The notes: a model not told the origin generated them from the letters alone. A DNA stretch of 24,000 nucleotides from Nitrospira sp. CR1.1 (GCA_014055465.1 WIAF01000015.1:64612-88611); one strand, 5' to 3'; numbered from the stretch's first letter, positions 8,141 through 16,658 are shown. Program-made: numbers and translations.

Positions 8141-8470
8141 TTAATTCTTTCGTTTTCTCGTCGCGCCAAGATGCCGGTCAAACCTGTTGTCGGCCTTGCG
8201 GATCAACTCTTTGTAAAACTGCTTTTCACTTCCACCTGACTTGTCTGCGGCAACGAGCACGACGGCACGGCGGCGGCGATCAAAGGCAAAAGCCACCCGC
8301 CAGACCCCATCCGCGGCATTGAACCTCAGCTCCTTCATATTCGCATGCCTGGAGCCTTTTGGGGTGTCGGCCCATGGGTGTCCGAGTACAGGGCCGAATT
8401 CCCCGAGAAGGTGAAGATGAGCCAGCAGCTCGTCGAACTCCAGGGCCAAGTCTGTATAAAAATGCAACAT
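8141..8470 (-). CDS. RelE/ParE-superfamily (HigB-like) type II toxin
   Basis: HLLGEFGPVLGHPWADTPKGSRHANMKELRFNAADGVWRVAFAFDRRRRAVVLVAADKSGGSEKQFYKELIRKADNRFDRHL matches the recalled family pattern (GP.LGRP..DT.KGSRH.NMKELR ... R..FAFDPRR.A.LLVAGDKSG ... Y...I..AD..Y..HL). Gene order is toxin first. Probable start is ATG 8470 (MLHFYTD...) rather than 8521. Confidence 0.75.
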   Translation of the reverse strand: MLHFYTDLALEFDELLAHLHLLGEFGPVLGHPWADTPKGSRHANMKELRFNAADGVWRVAFAFDRRRRAVVLVAADKSGGSEKQFYKELIRKADNRFDRHLGATRKRKN

Positions 8471-8486
8471 CTCATGCCACAGAACA

Positions 8487-8515
8487 AGTATGCCTTTAAA
8501 TACATATGTTTTCAA
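8487..8515 (-). promoter_or_regulatory. Possible sigma70-type promoter for the TA pair
   Basis: Minus strand reads TTGAAA (8515-8510), a 17-nt spacer, then CATACT (8492-8487). The spacer contains the 8-bp palindrome ACATATGT, a possible operator. The resulting leader to ATG 8470 would be very short, so this is tentative. Confidence 0.25.
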
Positions 8516-8782
8516 TAACATGATCTGCCTTTAATATATTCCTGTGCATAATGATTCAAATATGGATCCTGGCGTTTCCGTTCGATTTTCTGTGGGAGCG
8601 GGGCCATAAAGGCATGGGCAGTTGGGCGGGGTAGGGGTGAGATAGATCAAGGGGGTAGGATCCCAACACCTAATTTCAAAGGGAAGCAATTTGTCTACGC
8701 GCATTGTAAGCTCCCGGTAAATCACGACACTCAGTAAGGAGAACGTTTTGGCACAATAGTCACCCTCAGCTGGGAGGTTCCC

Positions 8783-9581
8783 ATTCGCCAGTCGAAGTTC
8801 ACTGAAACGCAGATTGTCTCCATTCTGAAAGAGGCTGACGCCTGTCGCCCGGTCAATGAGATCTGGCGGTACTACGGCATCAGCTCCGCCACGTCCGACA
8901 AGTGGAAAGCCAAGGATGGCGGTCGGAAGCTTCTGATGTGAATCGGCTGAAAGAATTGGAACAGGAGAATAGCCACCTCAAGCGGATGTATGCGGATTTG
9001 TCGTTTAAGAATCTGGCCCTGAAGGATTTCATCGCAAAAAAGCTCTAAGGCCTGCTGAACGGCGGGAGGTCGTCACGCATCTGGTGACGGTCAATGGCCT
9101 TCCGGTTCAGCGGGCCTGTCGTGCCGTGGGATTGCATCGAGCCACATACTATCGGCCGCTCATGGATTGAGTGCGGCAGGATGCGCCGGTAATTGCCGCG
9201 CCCACGACGCTCGTGGCAGCGAAGAGTCGCTGGGGCTTCTGGAAATGTTATGCCCGTCTGCGGCTCGATGGGCATCCCTGGAATCACAAGCGACTCTAGC
9301 GGGTGTACGGGCAGCTCCGACTGAATCTGCCTCGTCAGACGAGGAAGCGGCTACCAGTTCGAGTTCGACAACCGCCCGTCGTCGTCCCACAACCCAACGC
9401 CGTGTGGACCATCGACTTCATGAGGGACACCTTGTATGACGGACGACGATTCCGAACCCTCAATATTCATGACGAAGGCGTGCGGGAGGGCCTGACCATC
9501 GAAGTGGATACGTCGCTACCCGCTGAGCGCGTGGTGCGCGTCTTGGAACAGGTCGTCGCCTGGCGGGGACGGCCGCAGGCC
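8783..9581 (+). mobile_element. Decayed, 3'-truncated IS3-family insertion sequence (orfA/orfB pseudogenes)
   Basis: OrfA-like IRQSKFTETQIVSILKEADACRPVNEIWRYYGISSATSDKWKAK sits behind an SD (GGGAGG 8772-8777), but ATT stands where ATG is expected. A frameshift near 8932-8941 precedes the leucine-zipper part SDVNRLKELEQENSHLKRMYADLSFKNLALKDFIAKKL. The IS3-type slippery heptamer AAAAAAG is at 9036-9042. OrfB-like sequence (RPAERREVVTHLV...GLHRATYYRP ... PNAVWTIDFMRDTLYDGRRFRTLNIHDEGVREGLTIEVDTSLPAERVVRVLEQVVAWRGRPQA) has in-frame TGA and TAG stops. It ends before the expected DNGPEF/DDE continuation. Confidence 0.8.
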
Positions 9582-10055
9582 ACGTATCGGACCAATCTTG
9601 AAGCCCGAAGTGTTCCATTATCAGTGCCGCCTTGACGGGGGAGCTTACAGTTCAGGGAGGTCTCTGGGGGGATTGCTTTTCAAACCCAAGTTTCAGCGTT
9701 CTGCTTTGCTACTTGCAATGAGCCAAATGAGTGGAGGCTCGCCGTGACTCCAGAACAGCAATCACCGGTAAGTGCTGCTGACTCCATATTCGCAAGAGTC
9801 ATAGCAGCAATAACGGCATGGAAGGCAATAATGATTGTCAACCTTCCTGGTTATGCAGTGAGCAGCTCCGGATGCTTGACTCCATAGAGATATAAGTCTA
9901 CTGTCATCCCAGGTAATTCACTGTAGTTGTACGTATCGCTACGTCGAAAATCGCCCAATTACCGAGTACCGCTGGCAGGAGACGTGACGCTCCTTACATC
10001 CGGAATCACTCGAGAAGACAATCAGTAGCACATATCAATCTATCTAGGAGGCAGA

Positions 10056-10856
10056 ATGTATTCCAGGATAGCACCGGCAATAGCACTCGCATGTATTCTG
10101 AGCGGTTGTACGGGTGTACGCTTCGCGAATCAAACTGTGGACGACGGTCTTCCTAATGACTATACCAACCGCACACGCATAGCCAATTCTGCAGATTACC
10201 GATTCAATTTGCCAGATAATATTGGAGCAATTTTGGAGGAAGATCCGACTAAGCCTGGCTTATACAGGTTGGCAGCTACGAGTGTTATTCGTCCCGAGGG
10301 ATTCAATCCGAAAGAAATATTTTTGGCCAAGGAGGACAATCAAGTTTACAACGGAAAAGTCACTGCTGGAGGCCAGACATCTGGGAATTATACTGCAGTT
10401 GGATTGTCTCTTGAGGCCAATCAAGTGGCAGAAATTTCGATAGTCGACGTGTCCCGTGCAGATATCCCCACACCAGAAATTCCGGTGGCCGCACTTCACA
10501 ATTATGCACAGACTAAGCCTGCTCAGAAGCAGTATTGGATAAAAAGTCTTTTGCTGTCGCGATTGCTAAAGAGGATATATGTCGAACAAAAAGCGGATTT
10601 TGCAGCGTCTGGTCCTGCCTTCGGAGCGAATGGGAAGGTATATGGGACAACAGCTATTCAGTCGAACGACTTTAATTTAACGGCTGTATTAATTGATATT
10701 GATACATACAAAACCACAAAGCCGCATATCACTGACAAATCCTTCGGTGACGACCTATCTACAAATGTGCCCGGAGTGGTAACTCTCAGGTCACTATGCG
10801 CACAGCCACTCAAAAGCAACTCGACTCCGGGCTCTATTTCTAATTGTCCTCGCTAA
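10056..10856 (+). CDS. Lipoprotein, function unknown
   Basis: SD AGGAGG lies 5 nt upstream. The signal peptide has a lipobox (MYSRIAPAIALACILSGC). I recognise no domain. Confidence 0.7.
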   Translation: MYSRIAPAIALACILSGCTGVRFANQTVDDGLPNDYTNRTRIANSADYRFNLPDNIGAILEEDPTKPGLYRLAATSVIRPEGFNPKEIFLAKEDNQVYNGKVTAGGQTSGNYTAVGLSLEANQVAEISIVDVSRADIPTPEIPVAALHNYAQTKPAQKQYWIKSLLLSRLLKRIYVEQKADFAASGPAFGANGKVYGTTAIQSNDFNLTAVLIDIDTYKTTKPHITDKSFGDDLSTNVPGVVTLRSLCAQPLKSNSTPGSISNCPR

Positions 10857-11142
10857 TTTGGGATACCGACGGAGACATGAGTAAATGGAAAATCACAGTG
10901 GCAGTAGGGCCATGGCGCAAATACCAGGACTTCTGCCACGTTCTAACTAGATCATCTAAAAGCGTATGCCGCTCGCTTTCGTTCTGACGCTTTTCCCAAA
11001 TAGGAAAGGTGAGTCGAATTCGGTCCATCGTTATTTGCCAGAAGGTTCTCATTTTTATGCAGAATCGATCTGCGAGCAGCTTGCGCTTTTGTCTTCGGAG
11101 ACGTGAGAGGTGGCCTTTTCCGTTTAGATCGGGATTAAGAGC

Positions 11143-12114
11143 TTACTTCCAGAGACCACAGGCTTCAGACCGTTTTTTATTAAAAATCGGATTTGATTTC
11201 ACTACACCCTCGCAGAAATATTTATAGGTATCATGAAAAAAAGGATCGCGTTGATGCTCCTCACGAGTCGAAGTGACCTCTGCTACAGAGCCTTGAGTTT
11301 GAGCTTGAATCCCCGCCGCAATTTTTCTGCATTCTGCCTCTGGATTGCTTCCCCCATCTAACCAACTAGTATTATCCTTCCATGGCTGTATAGATTGCCA
11401 TTTCTCAACACCATGGGTGTTGTGACGACAAGTTGAGTAACAAGCTTCTGGAAACGGAATCTCCGATTCAATTCCTGCCAATGCATTTCTCTTAGAAATA
11501 AGATTAATCGCAAGTGAGATCGGGACTATATCGTTATTTTCTGTGCCAGGTAATGTCCCGCCTTGCACCAATCCCATCACTCTCCCGTCCTCATTAAATA
11601 CTGGCCCCCCACTAAACCCACCCTCAAGAAAACCATCTACTTTGTGAAATCCTCTTTCGGACTGCAAGTTAATTATCGAAGAACTAGCCGAGGTCAAACC
11701 AAGGTGGGCGGGAAAGCCCAAGGCTAATACCGATTCCTGAACTTCTGCATTTTTCTTAGTCAGCGTAACAGTGTGTTTGCATGTCTGAGATTGAGGGAAT
11801 TGCCATAAAGCAACATCATTTATTTCGTCCACTTCTCTAAGGACTAGAGGGAACCGTGTGCCAAAGCGCGCTCCCACTGTCGACCACATCGTCTGATTCG
11901 GGCTCGCTTTGAGATGCGCCACTGTTACGACATAGCCGTCATGCGACACAACAAATCCTGTTCCAGAATTGACTACTTGACTAGTTTCGTTATCAGTTAC
12001 TTCTAGGTACACGATTGCCGGCGTATTGATTTCCAGAATTTCTTTTTTGGTCGCGGCAAAACTTTGAGCTGAAGTCGCTAACAACAATAGAGCTAACCAA
12101 GCAATCGCTTGCAT
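11143..12114 (-). CDS. Secreted trypsin-like (S1 family) serine protease with a Cys-rich C-terminal extension
   Basis: Signal peptide MQAIAWLALLLLATSAQSFA. Catalytic-triad contexts are GTGFVVSHDGYVVTVAHL (His), NDVALW (Asp) and GFSGGPVF (Ser). SD AGGAGG overlaps the stop of the upstream gene. The tail of about 100 aa contains 5 Cys. Confidence 0.8.
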   Translation of the reverse strand: MQAIAWLALLLLATSAQSFAATKKEILEINTPAIVYLEVTDNETSQVVNSGTGFVVSHDGYVVTVAHLKASPNQTMWSTVGARFGTRFPLVLREVDEINDVALWQFPQSQTCKHTVTLTKKNAEVQESVLALGFPAHLGLTSASSSIINLQSERGFHKVDGFLEGGFSGGPVFNEDGRVMGLVQGGTLPGTENNDIVPISLAINLISKRNALAGIESEIPFPEACYSTCRHNTHGVEKWQSIQPWKDNTSWLDGGSNPEAECRKIAAGIQAQTQGSVAEVTSTREEHQRDPFFHDTYKYFCEGVVKSNPIFNKKRSEACGLWK

Positions 12115-12122
12115 GACTCCTC

Positions 12123-12875
12123 CTAAACAATCCTAATGTAAGTATTAAACTTTATATCTACAGGGACGCGTTTTTTATTTATCGTTCTTTTTGTCCTGAC
12201 TGCATCTAATGCATACGGTGTTTGGCAAATCCTAGAGTTCTTTTCTTTGGTTTGGTTGCCGCCAAGGCATACAATTTGAGTGTCGGTTGGATTTGGTAGT
12301 TTAGCTAAGAATGCAACATGTCCTAGTCCAACAGACTTTGTGGTGTTGATCTCATAGCAAGTAAATACTGCAAGATCACCTATCTTTGGTATTTTTGTCT
12401 GTTCGAAGAAGTTTTCGTTCAGGAATGATTGAGATTTCGGACTGCCGCTCGTCTGTCGGCCAGAACGTTTTAAGCACCAATTCACAAAAGCTGCACACCA
12501 CGGAGTCAGATCATTTTCGGCCCTATAGTTTGTAGCACTAAAAAATTCGACAATTAAGGGATTCCATGAGGCGGCTTGTGGCCACTGGGTTATAACCTCA
12601 GCGTCTGTTTTCTCAAAGCTCAGAAAGTAATTTGCTATGTCGTAAGGTGCTTTGCCTTTAGGGGCACCCTCCCAGATCGCCTTTGCCCTCTTGTATTGCT
12701 CCTTGTCGGGTGCATGCGTGCCAAACGGTCTAGACTCATTAATTAGATCGAACGACGGATACTGAAGCTCGTCCAGTGTATCTTGTGCATCATCCGCCGC
12801 TCTTCCTAATGATGGCGCACGCAACAAGAATGGTAATGTGACGGCTAGGCGGATAAACGACCGGCGGGAGTGCAT
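12123..12875 (-). CDS. Tat-exported CHAP/NlpC-P60-like cysteine peptidase (TIGR02594-like, probable cell-wall hydrolase)
   Basis: Twin-arginine signal MHSRRSFIRLAVTLPFLLRAPSLGRA. The catalytic Cys context is TPWCAAFVNWCLKRSG. The downstream GDLAVF ... GLGHVAFL provides the His context. This pattern is as recalled for the TIGR02594/CHAP-like family. Confidence 0.65.
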   Translation of the reverse strand: MHSRRSFIRLAVTLPFLLRAPSLGRAADDAQDTLDELQYPSFDLINESRPFGTHAPDKEQYKRAKAIWEGAPKGKAPYDIANYFLSFEKTDAEVITQWPQAASWNPLIVEFFSATNYRAENDLTPWCAAFVNWCLKRSGRQTSGSPKSQSFLNENFFEQTKIPKIGDLAVFTCYEINTTKSVGLGHVAFLAKLPNPTDTQIVCLGGNQTKEKNSRICQTPYALDAVRTKRTINKKRVPVDIKFNTYIRIV

Positions 12876-13266
12876 AAGTGTACCCTTTTTATTTTATGAG
12901 TGAATTGTCTGGGCGGAGCTTGCCAGATGGCTCTGCGAGCTCTCTAAATAAAAAGCGGTGAGAGAGGCCACAAGCCTCAGCCCGAGCCGATTGTGGTAAT
13001 GTCAATTTGTTCGCCGACTACCAAGGTGGTCAGCGCCCATCACGTAATCAGGTGTCATATGCCCCACCTGAATATTCAGCTAGCAGGCTCCGCCAGGACT
13101 AAGTTCTCAATAGGTGCTACGGAATAGTTGCGAATTGTTCGATATTCTTGATGCCGCAAGATGCAGCATCGAGAACGTCCTTTTCTTCACTACGACGATT
13201 ATATGCAAATAGACGTATGTACACCAGATGCAAAAAATGCATGTATATACAGTTCAGTAGTACATT

Positions 13267-13563
13267 TTAAGACCTTTCACGCCTGATCGCCCGAAAGAAC
13301 GCGGCCTGAGTCTCCGCAAGGCTCATCGGTACGAATGTCGAGGTTAAAGGCATGGTAGCCTCACGTGTCCTAGGTTTCGGTGCTGCGTGGGCTAACGGCC
13401 CTGTCCGTTTCGCCCCTGGACGGCCCGCCCCATTAGTGAGGCGGGCCAACGCCAACCGCTTGAAGTGACGGCTGCGTTGATACGGGGGAAGCCGAACTAG
13501 CCACCGAAACAGTCGCATATCGTCCGCTGACTTCTCCGAGAAATAAACTGTGACTCTAGGCAT
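13267..13563 (-). CDS. Small basic protein, ParR-like (possible ribbon-helix-helix) partner of ParM
   Basis: ATG 13563 overlaps the ParM stop by 8 nt. MPRVTVYFSEKSADDMRLFRWLVRLP... is compatible with a beta-strand then helix (RHH) start. Position downstream of parM matches parMR organisation. The 174-aa track ORF is an unlikely N-terminal extension inside parM. Confidence 0.45.
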   Translation of the reverse strand: MPRVTVYFSEKSADDMRLFRWLVRLPPYQRSRHFKRLALARLTNGAGRPGAKRTGPLAHAAPKPRTREATMPLTSTFVPMSLAETQAAFFRAIRRERS

Positions 13564-14629
13564 GCGAGGCCTTCTGTGCAGACGCGTCACCCTGTGGGGA
13601 ATCCTCAGCCCCCTGATCCTGCGCGCGTGTCTGATCTGTACTGGTGAGGCGGATGTATTCCAGATAGCCGGCCGCATTGGTGAACTGACTCTCCGGCAGA
13701 ATCGAATAGTCGTCTCTGAAGTGGCCGAGATAGGAAGCGAGCAGAGCTGATCCGCCGCCACAGTAAAGCAAGTGATCGATGCCTGGTGCACCTTCCTTCC
13801 ACAGTCGTGTCATCTCGTTGTGGAGCCTCGTAGCCAACGGTCGCACATAATGCTGAACCAGCGCCTCTAAGGCTTGCCGCTCGACCACACCCCCTTTAAT
13901 CTTGATCGGCTTGTCCTCGCGCAACGCCCAGTCCACCTCGTAGGCATCAATCGGTCGTTGATGTTGGGAAGACAATTTCTGGGCCACTTGTGTATACACC
14001 TGTCCAACCCCCAACACGACCCCCGCCGATTCGTGGTTCAAGTACTGTCCATTGGAGAAACAAATGAGTTCCGTTGTGCGGCTGCCGATATCGACTAAGG
14101 CCACCCGTCCTTGCGCGAGTGCGGAGTTGGTGCTGATCGCGAGGCACAGCGCGCCGAATCCTTGAGGTAAGACGGCCACGGCGGGAGCTTTGAGCGCCTT
14201 CCGGAAGACGTCGCTAATTTGGTGCTGGGCCCGCTGAGAGCCGAAGATATGTAGGGGAATGCCTGTCACGATGCGGGAGCCTGGTGGAACGAAGTTGGCG
14301 CCGGCATAGTGCAGCAGCGCTTTGTAGCGCGTGGTCATCCACCAGCCGTCATATTCCTCGCTAAAGCGAAACCCACGGGTCACTGCCGCTTGGCCAACAA
14401 TATACTCTGCACCCTCGAGTTTCACGGTCTCCTGGGGATCGGACAAGCTCAGGTCGATATTGGAGAGCTCCGCCGGCGCCACCAGAGACGGGAAGACGTG
14501 CGCCTGTCCCTCCTGAGTCAGGATCTTCGTGTATCCATACCCGACGTCGATCGCGACCCATGGAGCCGAGGACGCGGGGCGTTGGCGTCCACGAGACGCT
14601 TTCGGTTGTTCAACAGTCGCCTTACTCAT
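13556..14629 (-). CDS. parM: ParM/StbA-like actin-fold segregation ATPase
   Basis: SD GGAGG upstream. Actin-fold phosphate motifs are WVAIDVGYGYTKIL and ALVDIGSRTTELI, and the adenosine motif is LLYCGGGSALL. Confidence 0.75.
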   Translation of the reverse strand: MSKATVEQPKASRGRQRPASSAPWVAIDVGYGYTKILTQEGQAHVFPSLVAPAELSNIDLSLSDPQETVKLEGAEYIVGQAAVTRGFRFSEEYDGWWMTTRYKALLHYAGANFVPPGSRIVTGIPLHIFGSQRAQHQISDVFRKALKAPAVAVLPQGFGALCLAISTNSALAQGRVALVDIGSRTTELICFSNGQYLNHESAGVVLGVGQVYTQVAQKLSSQHQRPIDAYEVDWALREDKPIKIKGGVVERQALEALVQHYVRPLATRLHNEMTRLWKEGAPGIDHLLYCGGGSALLASYLGHFRDDYSILPESQFTNAAGYLEYIRLTSTDQTRAQDQGAEDSPQGDASAQKASHA

Positions 14630-14769
14630 ACACAGCCTCCGTTCGTCATGCGGTTCAGATCGGGCCCACTCAGTTAGGGATGTATTACTAACTTCGTGGC
14701 GCTAGAACGGGCCAGTACAGCACTAAATCCATTTGTCATACATGTCAGACAAATAAGTAAGACATTTCG

Positions 14770-15063
14770 CTGTCGTGCGTACGCAGATCTAAACGAGAAT
14801 CCAGTGAGTGCACAACGAGTTCATTGGATCGGCCTGACATCCACGGTTGTGTGGGGGAGGCGGCCCCCCAGGATAGGAGTAATGTCATACACCTGTTCGG
14901 CGGATGGTTCGCGAGTGCGCCAGGGCATGGATTTAGCGCAAGCTGTCCGGCAGCGCGGCCCACGTCTTTTCAACACTCCCTCGGCGCTTTCCCGTCACCA
15001 TCACGCTGGCCGATAGCGACGTACGCACTGTGAGTAGGGTGCGGCAGCACTGTCGCGTACGCA
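14770..15063. promoter_or_regulatory. Candidate parC-like centromere/operator region in the 540-bp divergent spacer
   Basis: There are three sites with a palindromic CGTACG core: cTGTCGTGCGTACGCA (14770-14785, containing the 10-bp palindrome TGCGTACGCA), GCGACGTACGCA (15016-15027) and cTGTCGCGTACGCA (15050-15063). TGTCATAC occurs twice and GCACTGT twice. Confidence 0.3.
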
Positions 15064-15174
15064 TTTCGTATACCGGATGCATATATGGTGTCTTATATTG
15101 AGACTTGTCATCGTCCTCCCACTTGCCCCCTGACGGCGTTCCGTATCCGGTAATACCTCCCCCAGGAGGTGCCT

Positions 15175-15588
15175 ATGCCACGGCAGCGAGGGGGAGCGTT
15201 ACACGAAGAGTACATGAATCGCTTTTACGAGCTGTTGCACGAGGCAAGAGTCCGATCACCACGCTTGGTGGGTCTCTGGCTCAATATCCTCTTGGATGAA
15301 GATTCGCCCAGGATCAAGCGACGCTTTCGAGGGCTCGACCGGTACATTGAACAGATGATTCTCAAGTATCCGGCGTACTCGGCGCGGGCATTGAATAATT
15401 TGGTGAGGAAGCAGCGCCAGATGGGACTCAATGCAGAGCATGTGGTTCGGTCGCGGATTCGGATGGTCAAAGCGAAACTCCGCTCTCGGGCTTACCGCCA
15501 AGCCAAGAAAGCCTCGCTTGCCGGGGATGTGCAGTGGATCGGGCGGGAAGAAGATGCGCGTCATCTCCAGAATACAGGTGACGCATGA
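15175..15588 (+). CDS. Hypothetical basic protein
   Basis: AGGAGG (15164-15169) lies 5 nt before ATG 15175. The stop overlaps the next start (ATGA). No recognised domain. Confidence 0.6.
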   Translation: MPRQRGGALHEEYMNRFYELLHEARVRSPRLVGLWLNILLDEDSPRIKRRFRGLDRYIEQMILKYPAYSARALNNLVRKQRQMGLNAEHVVRSRIRMVKAKLRSRAYRQAKKASLAGDVQWIGREEDARHLQNTGDA

Positions 15589-16097
15589 TGGGGCGAACGC
15601 ATTGCCTGGTGCCAGCCGCGCTGGCAGCCTGGCTTTTTGGCCCAGACCCCACGATTCTGTTGATCTCAGCAGGAACTGGGCTCTTGCCGGACATTGACGA
15701 GCCGCAATCGACCATTGGCTATCGATTGTTTCTCTTGGCCAAAGGATTCAAAGGGCTGGTAGGCCATCGCACCTATAGCCATTCGTTGGTCGGAATTGTG
15801 ACTGCCGCTTGCCTGGCCGTCATCTTTGATTTGCCATGGATATGGATCGAAGCGGGCTTGATCGGCTGGGTGAGTCACCTTGTATTGGATGCACTGAGCG
15901 GGGGTGTGCCGTTATGGTGGCCATTGTATGCGACGAATCGGGAGCGGTGGGTGTTGGCGCGATGGAAGCCGTTTGGGTTTGCCGATCATCTGATCTTAGT
16001 TCTGGCAGGGGTAGCGTTGGGCGCAGCGGCGATTCATGGAAACTGGCTGGGGTGGTGGATCGAGCTCCTGAAGCGGGATATCAGCGTGTCGCAATGA
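15585..16097 (+). CDS. Membrane-bound metal-dependent hydrolase (DUF457/YdjM-like)
   Basis: MMGRTHCLVPAALAAWLF, LLPDIDEPQSTIG, HRTYSHSLVG and SHLVLDALS motifs, with 4-5 hydrophobic helices, as in the YdjM/DUF457 family. Confidence 0.7.
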   Translation: MMGRTHCLVPAALAAWLFGPDPTILLISAGTGLLPDIDEPQSTIGYRLFLLAKGFKGLVGHRTYSHSLVGIVTAACLAVIFDLPWIWIEAGLIGWVSHLVLDALSGGVPLWWPLYATNRERWVLARWKPFGFADHLILVLAGVALGAAAIHGNWLGWWIELLKRDISVSQ

Positions 16098-16108
16098 GAG
16101 CGGGACTG

Positions 16109-16134
16109 CCGGCGCGAGCGCATGCTCGCGCCGG
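16109..16134. terminator. Perfect GC-rich hairpin downstream of the hydrolase gene
   Basis: CCGGCGCGAGC-GCAT-GCTCGCGCCGG has an 11-bp stem and a 4-nt loop, 12 nt after the stop. No U-tract follows, so intrinsic-terminator function is uncertain. Confidence 0.4.
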
Positions 16135-16469
16135 CCCTACGGCCACAGCGTGTATGGCCGTGGAATAGAGACCGAGGCCCTGCCGTCGGGGAACCATTCC
16201 GGAAAGCGCGCGAGCGCATACTTAATAGCCACATGACTATGGCAGAAGACTCCAGTGGGCAGTAGCAGAGGAATGTGTAGGTAGGCGTCGCGGCGAGCGT
16301 CGTCGCGAGCCCCTGCCGAAGGCCTCTTCTTGTGCGGGAGCGACGTGGAGAAGAGCGCGGACAGCACCGCGACGATAGGATCGCTATGGCCATTGATACT
16401 GTCCGCCGTGCGCTGTCGGTCTTCTTGTGGAAGAAGACAGCTACGCTAAAACATAGGTGATGTAAGACT

Positions 16470-16658
16470 TCACAGTGTGATGCGCGACTGTCCAGCTCGG
16501 ATCGCGCGGGCAATGGCGCCGACGTCCTTCTTATCCATCTCTCGGTCCTGTGCACGGAGGCGAGCCAAGGTATCGACGGATTGCTGCTCCGTTACATGAC
16601 GAAGCGTGCGCAGTTTCAAGGTTTCAGATATGGGCAAATGAAAGCCGGTGTGTCTCAT
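16470..16658 (-). CDS. Small hypothetical protein (62 aa)
   Basis: AAGGAGG lies 5 nt before ATG 16658 (MRHTGFHLPISETLKLRTLRHVTEQQSVDTLARLRAQDRE...). No recognised family. Confidence 0.5.
   Translation of the reverse strand: MRHTGFHLPISETLKLRTLRHVTEQQSVDTLARLRAQDREMDKKDVGAIARAIRAGQSRITL

Noticed and set aside
8531-8725. 64-aa minus-strand ORF upstream of the TA pair
   Set aside because: No SD and an unremarkable sequence, located in the probable promoter or junction region between the TA pair and the IS3 remnant.
9045-9635. ORFs 9303-9635 (+, 110 aa), 9167-9439 (+), 9160-9390 (-) and 9045-9287 (-) as separate genes
   Set aside because: The plus-strand pieces are fragments of one interrupted IS3 orfB reading frame. 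The minus-strand ORFs are GC-rich antisense shadows.
10840-11227. 70-aa (-) and 72-aa (+) ORFs between the lipoprotein and protease genes
   Set aside because: No SD and no recognisable features. The 70-aa ORF overlaps the lipoprotein 3' end and the 72-aa ORF overlaps the protease 3' end. I cannot support either, although a small protein cannot be excluded.
13556-13791. N-terminal 76 codons of the 174-aa ORF (13267-13791)
   Set aside because: This part lies entirely inside parM in another frame and is Arg/Ser/Pro-rich. An internal ATG at 13563 gives a sensible parM-coupled small gene.
16112-16219. 12-nt direct repeat GCGCGAGCGCAT as a meaningful repeat element
   Set aside because: There are only two copies, in GC-rich sequence, and one copy is simply part of the terminator-like hairpin. 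It is probably coincidental, and I mention it only within the low-interest spacer finding.
16034-16555. 173-aa minus-strand ORF spanning the convergent spacer (and the nested 76-aa ORF 16137-16367)
   Set aside because: It is extremely Arg/Ser-rich and low-complexity. It overlaps the ends of two better-supported genes and has no SD, which is typical of a spurious ORF in GC-rich DNA.
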